A DNA stretch of 64,000 nt from contig JADEYG010000001.1 in assembly GCA_016906335.1 (NCBI GenBank), positions 620,001-684,000 of the forward strand, given 5' to 3'. Shown piece by piece: positions 37,819-50,864 of this stretch. A program made the position numbers and the translations under genes. Under the pieces are notes generated by a model, which did no database searches, had not been told where the DNA came from, and saw only the letters and a program-made list of their open reading frames with translations. How positions within the stretch are numbered: position 1 is the first letter of the stretch; every line of letters begins with the position of its first letter. The DNA comes from Novakomyces olei. Its lineage: Eukaryota.

Positions 37819-40077
37819 ATGTCGAATGCAAAAGGTGAAGGGTCTTTAGAAGAGCAGGCGGAAGAAGACCCGTCAAATTACCCTGTAATTGAATCATCTA
37901 CACCTCTCAGATCGCCTCGGAGGCAATATAGCACCTCACAGCAATTACCGTCGGCCGATTTTAATGCTTACCAAACATTTGTATCCTCAATGGAACGATC
38001 GGCACAACAGCCGCTGTCGCATTTAACTCGGGTCCCACAAATGAGTGAGGCTTCATCGCTTTCTAGGCCGATTCGGTTTGCACAACTGCCTCCAGACTTA
38101 GCAACGGACCCGTCCCTGTACTATTCTCAGCATGAACCTCTTTCTCACCATACAAATCTGCTGCGTCAACATGAATTGCAGCAGCGTGCAACTTATGCAA
38201 GACAGAATCGTATACCTTCTTCTAATATCACCTCGTCCGCCACCGCTCAACCTCTACAAAATCCTACCGCAGTGTCGCTGACTCCCCCTACTCCCACTTC
38301 TACATCCCACCAGCCGTCAGGTACGGGTCAGTCGCATTTCGCGCAGCAAAGAGTGACGACGATGCTTTGGCAGGAAGAAGGCACACTTTGCTACCAAGTA
38401 GAATATCGCGGGATAAATATAGCGCGTCGGGAGGATAATGATATGATAAACGGGACAAAGCTGTTAAATGCTACGGGCATGAGCCGAGGCAAAAGGGACG
38501 GTCTCTTGAAGAACGAGGCAGTTAGACACGTTGTGAAACTTGGAGCAATGAGCCTGAAAGGCGTTTGGATCCCTTTAGAAAGAGCTTTGGCTTATGCCCG
38601 TCGGGAAAACATGGACAGTATGCTGTTCCCGCTCTTTGTGGACGATATTAAAGGATACATTTACTCTGACATGCAGACCCGATCGCAACCCCCACAATCA
38701 GGGCCCACACCCCAACCCCCACATGGTCATGTGGGGGTTGGGCCACAAGGAGAAAAAGGTAAAACTAGGGCGACGACAGCAAGTCCGGAAAAGACGCCTC
38801 CACGCAAGCATCAATCAAGGCCAAGTAATGTTGCTGTTCCCGGTGCAGAGCCGGACTATATGGCATTGAATCTGCCCTCAGCGTCAATGCCTTACAGTGC
38901 ATTCGCCTCTAAACCTCAGCAGCCAATTGAACAGTCGATAGAGCAGCCGGTAGAGCCTACTTCATCTCCAACGGAAGAAAGTGGCTCAGCTCGGAAAAGG
39001 TTCCGAAGTGGATCTTCTAGTGCAGCTACAGAAGAAGGAAACATTGCACCTTCTTCACACTTTCATTCCCCGTATAGAAGAGGCAGGAAAGGTTCGGTTT
39101 CACAGGGCGCAAGAGCTGGACAAGGATCAGCTTATACGCCTTCCTTCCGTGTTCGTGTCGGCCATCGACGATACGATTCAACTTCAAGCACGGCCTCTTT
39201 AAATGTGGGATTTGGCCATTTGCGCACAAAGAGCCAGAGCTCTGCTCGAGACTTCGAGGAGACAAGGACCCCATTTACTGGAGAAATGCCTTTTACTTTT
39301 CAGCAGCCTGAGCTCGAGTACAATCAGCCCTCTAACTACTCTTATTCTAATTACCCTTCTTCTAATCTTCCTTCTGGATTTCCTCCCTATTCTGCCTTTC
39401 CTTCCTCAAACCAGTCGAGCCAGAATGAAGGAGCAATGCAGCGAGGTCCGTTAGAGAGTCCATTCCACTACCACGCAGAGCTGGCACCAGCAAGCCCGGC
39501 GAATAATAGAGGCAGTGGGTTTATTGAGCAAGAAACGAATGAACTTTATCCTCAATCCATAGTGGGATTAGGACTGCGTGATCAGAACAGAGAAGAAGGC
39601 TCTGCTTTAGGCTCTTCTTCAGGTGCTTCAGCTTGGCAGTATAGCAGACTGCCTTCTCAATCACATGCAGAAAAGCGTAATCCGCTAACGTTTACTGAGT
39701 CTTTTTCAGGGCGAGAACTTGGAACAAGAGATATAGCGGATATACGCGAGGAAGGCGGGGAAAGGGTTGGCAAAGAGCGCTTTAGAGAGGGTATAAGAAG
39801 CACAGGAGATAGATCATTGCCTCCAGAGGGAGTGCCTGCCACTGCTCATCAATGGCAGGCTTTGGCCTTGGCCGGACACGAAGAGCCATCGGCATCGTAC
39901 AGTATACCTCACCAGCAGCAATCTGCCTCTTCTTCAACGCTGCGCTCAACGGCACACTCTCCCGCAAGAAGACGAGGGTTCCATGCTGAGCGGACAGTAA
40001 AGCCTTCCAATATCGATTCAAGTCTGCGGGACGAAGGCGAAGAGAGTTCTCGGCCCACACAGAGCCCAGAGAGATGA
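37819..40077 (+). CDS. APSES transcription factor of the StuA/Efg1/Sok2 group
   Basis: [71 protein letters not shown]. Confidence 0.93.
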   Translation: MSNAKGEGSLEEQAEEDPSNYPVIESSTPLRSPRRQYSTSQQLPSADFNAYQTFVSSMERSAQQPLSHLTRVPQMSEASSLSRPIRFAQLPPDLATDPSLYYSQHEPLSHHTNLLRQHELQQRATYARQNRIPSSNITSSATAQPLQNPTAVSLTPPTPTSTSHQPSGTGQSHFAQQRVTTMLWQEEGTLCYQVEYRGINIARREDNDMINGTKLLNATGMSRGKRDGLLKNEAVRHVVKLGAMSLKGVWIPLERALAYARRENMDSMLFPLFVDDIKGYIYSDMQTRSQPPQSGPTPQPPHGHVGVGPQGEKGKTRATTASPEKTPPRKHQSRPSNVAVPGAEPDYMALNLPSASMPYSAFASKPQQPIEQSIEQPVEPTSSPTEESGSARKRFRSGSSSAATEEGNIAPSSHFHSPYRRGRKGSVSQGARAGQGSAYTPSFRVRVGHRRYDSTSSTASLNVGFGHLRTKSQSSARDFEETRTPFTGEMPFTFQQPELEYNQPSNYSYSNYPSSNLPSGFPPYSAFPSSNQSSQNEGAMQRGPLESPFHYHAELAPASPANNRGSGFIEQETNELYPQSIVGLGLRDQNREEGSALGSSSGASAWQYSRLPSQSHAEKRNPLTFTESFSGRELGTRDIADIREEGGERVGKERFREGIRSTGDRSLPPEGVPATAHQWQALALAGHEEPSASYSIPHQQQSASSSTLRSTAHSPARRRGFHAERTVKPSNIDSSLRDEGEESSRPTQSPER

Positions 40078-40993
40078 TCGCTGAAGGCGGGTAGAAGGTA
40101 AAGGGAGGGACGGATTAAAAGGAAAAAATAATAGCAATTAATCGGCAGAGCTAATAGTGCGACTGTAGGCAGCGGAAGGCCTTGTTGCAATAGATGGAAT
40201 CAAATTGCCATCCTGTCCTTCTGAGAACGATATGTTTGTTCGACATTGGCAGAAATTTAGAGAATACGGTAGCAAAACGGGAAAAGGCAGGCAGTGCTTG
40301 ATTTAAAATTAAAAGAAACCAATTATATTCGCAACACTCAGAACGAACAGTACGAACAGTACGATCATGCATTGAGCATACTTTCTAGAGTTAGACACTG
40401 CTTTACAATTGATATTATCAACGCTCTGAAATGGACGCAGTTTTCGCTATTTTCAGCAATTTTCCTGTACGCAGACAAATCGGTCCTACGCGAGCCGAGT
40501 CGGTAATTTGATTCTCGGAAAGGAGCGACAAACTGAATACTTGATACGACTTTCTTTTTTATTTATTTTCTCAGCCTTTGCTCCGTTCTAATATAGTCGC
40601 GGAGCGTCTTTAATTAATATCTTTTGGCTCAGTCTAGCCTGCTTTCATTTCCCACGGTACAGGATACATCGATTTGTAAATAAAAACGTGTCTGCCATTT
40701 TTGATTAAACTTAATCGTTTGCCTACTCAAATCCATTTGTTTGTGATATCGTGGTGCTGACTCGACTGTATGATAGCCGCCGCCGCGGTTACATGATACA
40801 AATAAATTATTTTAAATGAACAGCGAATTTTTGAATTTGTAATTGGATAGAGTAATTGTATAGAGGAAATAAATACGAGCTTGCAAACATTGAGATGCCT
40901 CAGCTCCTAAATTGCATGTGCAGGACGAATGGCTGTACATATATATAGGCCGTCTACTAGATTTGCAGCAATCTCTTATAGCGCTGCACTGTC

Positions 40994-41247
<254 letters not shown>

Positions 41248-41265
41248 CAGATCCAATTAGTGTCG

Positions 41266-43460
41266 ATGGCCGACGACGATGACGACTTGAGGAGAGCAAT
41301 TGCTCTTTCACTTCAACAAGGCGGCCAAGATGTCGTTGATAACACGATTGACCTTGTTAGTGAAAGTAGTGATAAGGACAGTGACGTAACTGTCGACAAT
41401 GGATCGGCATCGAATAAGTCAATTAAGGAAAACGCAGCAATGAGTATGCGTGAGCATATACGACAGGCGCGAATGCGAGCATTTACGCAGAATAAGAAAC
41501 GGCCTCGCGAGGAAGATGGCAATATCCAAGGCAACCATTTCCCAGCTGGAAAAAGGAGCATTGATGAAAAAAATGAAAATCTATTGAGCTCTAGTAACCA
41601 ACTGCAATCCAAATCCCGGTCAACTAATAAAGAAACCAAAGCTGGAATCGAATATCCCGACGGAATCGTCAAACTAACAGCGGTAGAGGGTTATGAGGTC
41701 CTTCCGATTCACATAAAGATTGAGCAAGTGCTACAAAAGGCTACTCTTAAAGTTGCAGTTCTTTCTTCTTTTGTTTTTGAATTGGATTGGCTTTTCAGTA
41801 AAATAAACATTGAGGACACTGATGTTTTTCTCGTTCGCGAAGCCAAAACTCCAGAGGCTCGAGTCGTACCGAATTTACCTCGTCGTTGTCGGTGCATTAT
41901 TCCAGACATGACTTTGGCTGCCTGTATGCATTCAAAGGTTAGACACCACCGACATTTAATCAAAAATCTTTCTATTATTTATTTATTGCTTAAATATTGA
42001 TGCCAACTTGATACAGTTACAACTGCTATTTCATGCAGACCACGTGCGAGTGTGTATTCCATCGGTAAGCTCTATTCTGGTCTATGATGGTACTTATTTT
42101 TAAACAGGCCAACCTTGTCAGCTATGATTGGGGCGAGACGGGTACAATGGAGAATGTAAGGCTCTACGCAACAGCTAACCGTGATATATAACATATTAAT
42201 TTATTAATTTGTCTTTTTTAATTTTAATTTTGATTTTGATTTTGATTTTTTTTGGGTACCTTTTGCTACATTTTCTATTTTGGTTTGTTTTTGTATTTCT
42301 ACGGCATTGATATGCTTTTCCCCCGCTTTGACATTTCTTTTAATTTGTAGAGCATATACATCCACGATTTTCCTCGTTTAAAAAGCGGTGGTAAAGACAA
42401 TACTTCGCTGCGTGAATCTGAGTTTGCGAAAGAATTATTTTATTATTGTGAAAGCCAATCTTTCCCGGCAAGCGGTAATTCGTTCTTGCTTTTTATTAAT
42501 AAACTAACACAAATTGCAGTCTTATCTCGTTTAAGGGAGTACGATTTTTCTCGCACACAGAATGTGAGACTGGTGCATTCTGTAGCCAATATGAATATGG
42601 GAGTTGATCGGGCATTGCGCACAGGTCTTCCTGCACTGAGTAAAGCAGTTTCTGACTTTAAATTCTGTCCAGGACAACTCCAAGTTGATTTCATTGTACG
42701 TGGCTTTTTCTCTCTCATTTATTTGTCGTTTGTTTATTCATTTATCTATTATAAAAAATCTTTTTTCTCATTTTCTTCTAAACAAAATTTAGACTTCCAG
42801 CCTGGGCAAACTTGAGCCGTCTTTCATTATGCGCTTGTGGGACAGTTGTAGCGGTAAACCTCCAATTGTTCCCACAACAGCATCGCGGGCTCCACAGATA
42901 GATGCTAGTCTTTTCCAACAAATTTTGCCGCGTATTCGAATCAGATTTCCAACGGCTGAGACGGTAGCAAACAGCCGGTCCGGAGTAAGTGTCGTATTTT
43001 TGTTTAAATCACTCGCTAAAAGATAGATTGCTGGAACGATATTTTTCCAAAGGGAGTACTTTGAAGATAAAAGTTTCCCTCGCGAGATCCTGTACGAACT
43101 GCATTCGAAGCATAAAGGCTGCTTGATGCATAACAAGGTAGTAATATCTTGGCTTTTAGTTCAAGTAAACCCTAACCATATAAATAGATTATATTAATGC
43201 GTGATACCGAGAATCCCGGCAGCGGCCTGGCTTATGTTGGATCAGCAAACTGCTCACGATCCGCGTGGGGCGATCGTATTATATACGGGGCGAAAAACCA
43301 AAAAGTCCATGCTTTTGTTCGCAATTGGGAGTGTGGAGTCTTATTGCCAGAACAAATGGTCTCGGATAGACTGCCGTTTGTTGAGAGAACGGTCCACAAT
43401 ACATCGCCTTACTTTATCAGAGAGGCAATGACTGCGCTGATGAAGGCGCGCATGCGTTAA
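41266..43460 (+). CDS. TDP1: Tyrosyl-DNA phosphodiesterase 1-like protein with N-terminal UIM, multi-exon
   Basis: UIM DDDLRRAIALSLQQ; first HxK motif MHSK|LQLL, SANLVSYDWG, SSLGKL; second motif LMHNK, YVGSANCSRSAWG, RNWECGVL. Confidence 0.88.
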
Positions 43461-44537
43461 TACGAGCTTGGTTACTAAACGTTTTGATTTTTATTGCAAG
43501 GTTTGTTTAATATGTTTTTACAAAGGTCGAATGGACTGATGGCGTCTCTTTGAATACGGAATTATAAAACATTGTATTTATTTTTTTTCATGAATGTTGT
43601 AAAAAAAGACTTGTTTTATTGGTCAACAATGACGCGCGCTATACGGATGGGTACCCGTGCGTAAATTTAATTAATCATAAATAAAGTAGTGATTGATTAT
43701 TGAAGTGGGCTCTCAAGTCCTTGAGTACGGGTCTGTATTTGCGCTGTATGCCCTTGTTTCGTCAATAAGCAATCTCTTCTCTTTCCAATCGGTCTGGATA
43801 GATCCTACATGTAAATCAAGCGGGGCAATCAACCGAAGTTTGCCTTTATAAACTCATCAAACGTGCACGGGTACCCGCCTGCCTTTTGGAATTACCATTA
43901 TAATTATTTCGTGCAATTATTTATTTATATCATGATAATTTTTTAGCCAATAATATTGTGGTCATGCGACATTTAATAACAATACTGTGCACGCGAGCCG
44001 CCATTGTCAAATACAACGTTCTCATTGGCTGATTGCACTTGCCAGATAATCATATAATATTTGTAGCAAGTTTTGGTGAGACTATGGTCGCATACGTTAT
44101 CGCTCATACTTTGATAAAATGAGGTTTTGGTATGCATTTAAATAATCGCGCATAAACCGCCTATCCATGTCCAAAATTCGCATTTTATAAAAAGCGTAGT
44201 GTATCTTTAATACGTACTTTGGCAATAATTACATACACATACCGCTTTATAAACACGTAACAAAGCCCAAAAATAGTCGTATAAAAATTCCATTAAAACC
44301 TTGCGGATCGGCCGCAAAAAAGCCTAGTTTCACCCTATACAACTCACCCAAGTGTCTGAGCGCATAGGCTGCCATAGTCAGTGCGTAATATTGCGTCTAT
44401 TGCGTACTCTGCTTCATTGCTGGCAGCACGTTACGCCTGGAAAAGACTTCAATTAGAGTAGAAAAATTTGAGAGCCTAGAGGGAAAGAATCCTTTGCCCG
44501 AAACTCACCTAAATCGCCTCCCCGAACTCGTTGAACA

Positions 44538-45179
44538 ATGTCACGGGAAGACGAGTACGATTTTTTGTTCAAAGTTGTTTTGATTGGTGACTCAGGTGTC
44601 GGCAAATCTAACTTGCTGAGCCGATTCACCCGCAACGAGTTTAATCTGGAAAGCAAGAGCACTATTGGCGTTGAGTTTGCTACGCGGAGCATTTCTGTCG
44701 ATACGAAAACAATTAAAGCACAGATATGGGACACTGCGGGACAGGAAAGGTATCGAGCAATTACCTCGGCTTACTATCGAGGCGCAGTTGGAGCGTTACT
44801 TGTCTATGATATCGCGAAGCAGCAGTCCTTTGAGAATGTTACGCGTTGGCTGCGTGAGCTCAGAGACCACGCGGACAGCAATATTGTTATTATGCTTGTC
44901 GGGAACAAATCGGATTTACGTCATTTGCGTGCTGTCCCTACTGAAGAAGCAAAGGCTTTTGCAACGGAGAATGGGCTGAGTTTTATTGAGACTTCCGCAC
45001 TAGATGCGAGCAACGTGGAAGCCGCTTTTGAAACAATATTGACGGAAATTTATCGTATAGTGTCGAGCAAGCAGCTGGATTCGGGAGACGGTGCTACTGC
45101 GCCTTCCAGTGGTCAGCCTATTAATATAACGCCCAGCTCGGGTGCTGATACAGGCAAAGGCTCGAGCAAGTGCTGTTGA
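44538..45179 (+). CDS. YPT3: Rab11-family GTPase (Ypt3/Ypt31/32)
   Basis: [46 protein letters not shown]-terminal CC prenylation signal. Confidence 0.97.
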   Translation: MSREDEYDFLFKVVLIGDSGVGKSNLLSRFTRNEFNLESKSTIGVEFATRSISVDTKTIKAQIWDTAGQERYRAITSAYYRGAVGALLVYDIAKQQSFENVTRWLRELRDHADSNIVIMLVGNKSDLRHLRAVPTEEAKAFATENGLSFIETSALDASNVEAAFETILTEIYRIVSSKQLDSGDGATAPSSGQPINITPSSGADTGKGSSKCC

Positions 45180-46217
45180 TTTGGGACTGGATTTCTCTGC
45201 TTTTTCGTAATAATCTTTATACAATGTATGCTATTACTTGTCGCCCGCTGATCTCAATCTATAAAGTACTAGTTTTGTACGTTTTTGTTTACGTTTAATT
45301 TGGAATAAGAAGTCATAAAATACGATTGTTATCTTGCCGATTTTGACATTGAGCTTGACCCATTTTTCAATTGCTTTCAGCTGCAATTAATTGCGTCCAT
45401 CAGGCTCGTTTGATTGCTCTTTCTAATATTTTAGACCGTTTGAGTATGGTCAATTTTGTTTGTCTACACTTTGATGATACGTTTCCTACTTGGTCCCGCC
45501 CAATTTCATTATTCATTTGTTATTACAGTTTGGATGGCTCATTTATTATATTTCCGTCCTTACTGTATTGTCCTGGGTATTGTAAATTTTTTGTGCATAC
45601 TTCACCACTGCTCCGGTCGTTTACTTTCGAATTTTGCTTATTCACGTCTTTTCTCTTCTAATCCTGCTTGACCCTCATTCACTTTGTTTTGTGTATTATT
45701 TGATAATGTTTAACTCATTATTTATCCATACTACTAATTTTTTTATTTCTTTTATCTATTTCTTTAATTTTTCTTATCTTTTTGATTGGTTACGTTTCCT
45801 TAATTCCCGCAACATGCATTTAGTGGGTCGCATTTCTAGCTTTCATCACACGTAATATACCATAACGAACCGTAGATCAACGATTTTGGAGCTGTGGATT
45901 TGGCCGTTTATTAGCGCCAAACGTAACGTCCACTAGCCCCTCGGCTTTTGAGTCTCGATTCTATTGTAGAAACAGCGGTATCATTCTTGTATGGTTGCCA
46001 CAAGACAGGAATTATATTAAATTTACGAGATGAAAAGCAAAGACAAGAGCAAGAATTAGAAAATGAAAATGCAAGGGGAGGGGACTAATGTTAAAGTGAT
46101 ACGCATTAGTAGTCTTTTACAGTAGATATTAGCCGTTTGAAAAGCAATCCTATGTAATTTTCTTCAAGGCTTCAATATTCTAACTGGACTGGCTATATTG
46201 GTATTTACAGAGCCAGT

Positions 46218-46992
46218 ATGGACTCGCTCGTCTCCAGCGTAGAAGTCTTTGTACGCGACGCGATGAAGGCAAATGATGTGTCTCACGACTATTTACACGT
46301 AGATCGCGTAACACGCATGGGTAAGTTGATACGTCGTTCTTATTTTGGACAATTCGTTTTTCAATTTCCTTTATTTTCTAAAATGAAAGCCAAACCGAGG
46401 ATAAGGCCAAGTTAAACGAACAGCTCTACGGATTGCTCATGAACTTAACGATCCAAAGATTGATACTTCACTCGTCCATCTTGCAGCTTTATTGCATGAC
46501 GTATTTGATCACAAGTATGTCGGCGCAGATGAGACGCTTTTACTTACGCTTCTGCACGGGAATGGCATGAAGCGTGACGCCACGACGCGTCTTTTACGCG
46601 TCATTAAGTCTGTAAGCTATAGCACGGAGAAAAATACGCGTAAACTCGCTGCCGAGGGCAATTCTGACGCCATTCGGCAATTGCAATGGATGCAGGAATG
46701 CCGAGAATTACACTGCGTACAAGACGCAGACAGATTAGACGCGATGGGGGCTATTGGCGTTTTACGGGCCGCTGCATATTCAAGTGCAATTGGAAACTCG
46801 TTACATTTGGCAGGTGAGGGCGATCGGGTTCCGGGCGCATCTTGTATGGCTCATTTTGATGACAAGCTGTTGCATTTATTGCCTTTATTGAAAACCGAGC
46901 CGGGAAGGCGATTTGGCGAGAAAAGACATCGATTTTGCAGTGAATTTAAATGGCAAATTGAATCAGAAGAAGGGGAGCTTGCTCCTGTGTAA
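46218..46992 (+). CDS. HD-domain metal-dependent phosphohydrolase; intron approx. 46322-46422
   Basis: SHDYLHVDRV, LAALLHDVFDHKY, VQDADRLDAMGAIG, HFDDKLL.L..LLKT..G. Confidence 0.88.
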
Positions 46993-47092
46993 TGTATGGT
47001 ATCAAATTAATAAATTATTAATTTAATTAATTAAATTATTTATTTACTATTCATTCAATGTTCAATGTTCATAATTTACAATTTATAGGGTA

Positions 47093-48145
47093 TCACTCAT
47101 CTTCCTCGTCGCTCGCCACAAATGTGGGCAAATCGCCCGCTACAAGAAGAGACGGAAGAGATCCGCAAAGTATAAAAGGATGGACTAGTGCCATACGGGC
47201 CGACGGTCTCTGCTTGGGATCAACTTGCAAAAGAGACAAGATAAAATCGTTCAGTAGAGGATCGGCCGTATGCGCAAGAGCAGCGGATAAACTGCACTCA
47301 TGATCAGATGTGAGCAGAGCGTAATCTGACTTCCAAAACTTGCCATTGCTGAAGCATCTAAGGGGCCCTAGCACCGAGGCCATTTTCGCCACGACATTAT
47401 CTCTTTTTGATTCATTAGAGCGGAATAGTGGGCAGTACTCTGGGTCGGACGGCGGCTGTGATTGAAGCAATAATTCCGCCAGCACAACGCCCAGACTGAA
47501 CAAGTCAATCTTCTCGTCAAAGGCACAGCCCAGTAGAACTTCGGGTGCACGGTAGTACAGGCTTTGGATATCAAAGGCTTCATAGTAAGCATCCCTGAGC
47601 CGTAAGGGCACAGCGTTACTTAGGTCGATAATGCGAACGTGCAAGTCCCGCACCATTAGATTCTCGGGTTTAATGTCCCCGTGTAAGAGATGAGCCTGCT
47701 CGTGAAGCACGAAAAGGGCAGATAAAACGCTTTGTGCCAGTGACCGTAATACTCGATGCCTTTCACGGCTCTTCAAAAGATTAGTAGCACTCGAATTTTT
47801 GGCAGACGGTAAAGAGGCAAACGAGTCCATCGCTTCCATCGCGATACAGAAATGCGATCCGTGAAAGAAATACTTTATCGGACGAACAATACACGCGTCA
47901 AACGGCACTTGGGCTGCTGCGGTTGCTGCTTTTCGTAAATATCTCCATTCCTGTAAGCCTTGCGCCTCCATGTGCGGCCGCATTACTTTAATTGCTACTT
48001 GCTCTCCGTCAAAAGTGCTGCAGCGATACGTGGAGCAAAAGTAGCCTGAGCCGGCAAAGGAGTCTACTAGAAAACGCCCGTCAAGAACGTCGCCAATTCG
48101 GACTTTTTGTGGCTTCAAATAAGTATCACCGTCCGCCTCTAGCAT
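47093..48145 (-). CDS. CMGC/DYRK-like Ser/Thr protein kinase with an atypical DLS motif
   Basis: GSGYFC Gly loop, VAIK, HGDIKPEN, IIDLSNA, IQSLYYRAPEVLLG, KIDLFSLGV, DPKQRPSA..AL.HPF. Confidence 0.85.
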   Translation of the reverse strand: MLEADGDTYLKPQKVRIGDVLDGRFLVDSFAGSGYFCSTYRCSTFDGEQVAIKVMRPHMEAQGLQEWRYLRKAATAAAQVPFDACIVRPIKYFFHGSHFCIAMEAMDSFASLPSAKNSSATNLLKSRERHRVLRSLAQSVLSALFVLHEQAHLLHGDIKPENLMVRDLHVRIIDLSNAVPLRLRDAYYEAFDIQSLYYRAPEVLLGCAFDEKIDLFSLGVVLAELLLQSQPPSDPEYCPLFRSNESKRDNVVAKMASVLGPLRCFSNGKFWKSDYALLTSDHECSLSAALAHTADPLLNDFILSLLQVDPKQRPSARMALVHPFILCGSLPSLLVAGDLPTFVASDEEDE

Positions 48146-49160
48146 TTCTGCACGTTTTATTGGCCGCTTTATTGATCGCGATGGCGTGAAACTGCATACT
48201 GCTAATGTGTGTAAACGGCCTTTCTCGGTACTTTGTTTGGAGTCGCCTCATTCGATAGCGAATTAATAGATCTTATTTTTTTGCTTGTTTTTTTTTTTTT
48301 TGCTGTATTGTGTGTATCGCGTATAACGCGTATATTTCAACCGTCTGTATTTTTATATACGAGATACATAATCTGTGGTTTTCAAGAGTGGGATTTGATT
48401 GTTTACTGTAATACTAGAAGAGTTTTGGTATGAAAATCCCAGACATTGGGTCTTTATTACTACTTATGATGCATTTTGACACGAATGCGATGTTGATAGT
48501 AATATGAACGGCATCGTTGGTTGATCTGGACTATTAGAGTTTCTACCATTAGCATTTATGATTATTAGTAGTTATCATTGAGCTGCCTTTATTATCTCTG
48601 TGTGCTTGGTAAGGTAGTAGTAGTCCTACCATTGTTTACTCGGTGCCTGTTACCTTGCATGGACAAGGCAGAACCAATGTCGAGGTCGCTGGAATACCTG
48701 TGAGACCAACAGACATTAGTGCTGCTACTACAGAAACGGATGGAATATCAGGTTTTAAGGTTATCGTAAGTCAAATGATATACTCTGTTATTCCAAATTT
48801 AACCATTCCAATAACCGTCAACCGCACCTTCGTGTATACCAATTTTATTGCTACGGCGACTGAATGCTCAGCCTAAATTTATGAATTGAATGCCCATAAT
48901 ATTGACTACAAACAAATTTGCTCTTGCTGTTCATAATGCCGTTTGATGTTTTCAGTGTCCATTCATACAAACAGAGCTGTCGGAGCCTTTACTCTCGCGA
49001 ACGAAATTGCCAATGTCAAATAAATATCGACCAATCAAATCAATCGTCCACACATTACAATATACTAGACACAGACCATACTTATTTTCTGCAAAACATG
49101 ACGACAATTGTTTTTGTAACTTTTATACTTTTCGTTTGTACATTTAATAGTCTGTACAGC

Positions 49161-49232
49161 CTGCACATTTAATATCTGCACATTTAATAGTCTGCACATT
49201 TAATAGTCTGCACATTTAATAGTCTACATATT
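49161..49232. repeat. 16-bp tandem repeat (CTGCACATTTAATAGT)n, about 4 copies
   Basis: Seen directly. Confidence 0.8.
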
Positions 49233-49397
49233 ATTATGGAGAAAAAGCTATACGTTTGCACATGACATCTGTTGTAATATCATCTTTTATAATATCTTTA
49301 ATATTATCTTTTAGAATATTATCTTTTAGAATATTATCTTGAATATTATACTATCATTAATATTAATTCGCTAGTGCCACAACCAAAGCTGGCATCG

Positions 49398-50864
49398 ATG
49401 GAGGACGCGCGCTTGGCGCCGCCACCGCCGCCACGGCCCTTGGGCCGCGTAAACAGCTCGGCTGGAGCACCGCCGGCGGCCGCTCAAGACCTGCCACCGA
49501 GCGATCGGCTACAGGACGAGAGCCAGATCGATACGCAGCCGTTAGTGGACAAACTGCTCTCTCGGTGTGCCGTCTTCCGAGTCCTCATTGTCGGCAATGC
49601 CGGCCGCAAGTCGGAAATGCTGCGCACCGTCTTTGGCGTGGACGCCATTAAAGTATCCCGCCAGAATCGGCAGCGGAAAAGCGTACACGACTATGTCTAT
49701 GCCGCGCGCAATACGCGTTTTATTGCTCACACCGCGCCGCTCACGTGCCCGGAAGATTTGGACGAAATTGAACAGTTTTTACGCGACCGGAGGTACGCGC
49801 CCGACAGCGCGGAACGCGTCCACTGTGTATGGTATGTGGCGGCAGCGGACGCGTTTGATACTGCCGAAGCGAGCGCGCTTCTTTCCCGATTAGGTCCACT
49901 GGCAACACCCATCGTTACCGTGGTAACCAAGTTTGGCGAGATGGTAGAGAGGGCAGAGCGCGTCGGAGCGGCTCGGCGGCGTCTGCTCGCCGATACTGCA
50001 GTTGCCGTTGCTGCTGCCGCTGCCGCTGCTCCGGACAGCGGACCGCAGAGTAGTTTGGACGCGTCTGTTGACAGCGGCAGCCAGGGGCTGGCAACAGACG
50101 GGGATGAGCTGCTGGCGGATACGCTGGCGCTGCAAGATGCCATGCAGAGTATGAGCTTGCTGGGCGGCAACAGCTTCACTACGCCAGTATACCAAGTTCG
50201 GGACAACGACTATAGGGATCTGGTGTCCACCACACTGTCCGTCCTTATCGACGAGCATATTAGATTTGTATTCATAGTAGCCCAGCACATTGACGCAGAT
50301 GCGAAATTCCACGAGTCCCTGCGGGTTGGCATGTCCCAGTTTATACTGGGAACGGCCGGGGCCAGCAACCCGCTGCCCATCCCTGCCATTGGGGCTGTCG
50401 CCGGGCTTACTGCCAATAAACTGATCCGTAGAGATATCTGCGCAGTCTGGAACCTCTACGATCCGGATGAAATTGCCTCTGATACAATCGCCACCTGGTC
50501 TACTACCCTGTGGAATGTCGGCACCGGAGTTCCTCTTACAATTCTGTATACAGTTGTACCCCCAATCGGCGTTTTCAAGGGATTTTGGGAAGGTCCCAGG
50601 GCCGCCAGGACACTGAGTATATGTATAGCCGACATGACGCTCATGCTCGAGCGACTCTGGCAGGTGCAGAGGGCCGGCGGAGAGTTGAGCAAGGACGTCT
50701 GCCAGTTTTATTTTAATAGATACATGACCGCAGTAAGGCCAAAGGTGAAGGAAGAGCTGGAACAGTACTTTACTACAGAGGGGTTTTGGCGGTCGTTCCA
50801 ACGAGAACAGGCTCAGGATGCCGCGACTTTGATCATTCAAAAGTACCGACCGAGTATGTCTTGA
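49398..50864 (+). CDS. Fungal G-domain-like protein with a degenerate P-loop and a C-terminal hydrophobic region
   Basis: FRVLIVGNAGRKS..VFGV, N.RFIAH, FL..R..ERVHCVWY, PIVTVVTKF; Gly/Ala-rich hydrophobic C-terminal half. Confidence 0.6.
   Translation: MEDARLAPPPPPRPLGRVNSSAGAPPAAAQDLPPSDRLQDESQIDTQPLVDKLLSRCAVFRVLIVGNAGRKSEMLRTVFGVDAIKVSRQNRQRKSVHDYVYAARNTRFIAHTAPLTCPEDLDEIEQFLRDRRYAPDSAERVHCVWYVAAADAFDTAEASALLSRLGPLATPIVTVVTKFGEMVERAERVGAARRRLLADTAVAVAAAAAAAPDSGPQSSLDASVDSGSQGLATDGDELLADTLALQDAMQSMSLLGGNSFTTPVYQVRDNDYRDLVSTTLSVLIDEHIRFVFIVAQHIDADAKFHESLRVGMSQFILGTAGASNPLPIPAIGAVAGLTANKLIRRDICAVWNLYDPDEIASDTIATWSTTLWNVGTGVPLTILYTVVPPIGVFKGFWEGPRAARTLSICIADMTLMLERLWQVQRAGGELSKDVCQFYFNRYMTAVRPKVKEELEQYFTTEGFWRSFQREQAQDAATLIIQKYRPSMS

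Noticed and set aside
49890-50840. 316-aa antisense ORF
   Set aside because: Shadow of the GC-rich plus-strand gene; no recognisable motifs
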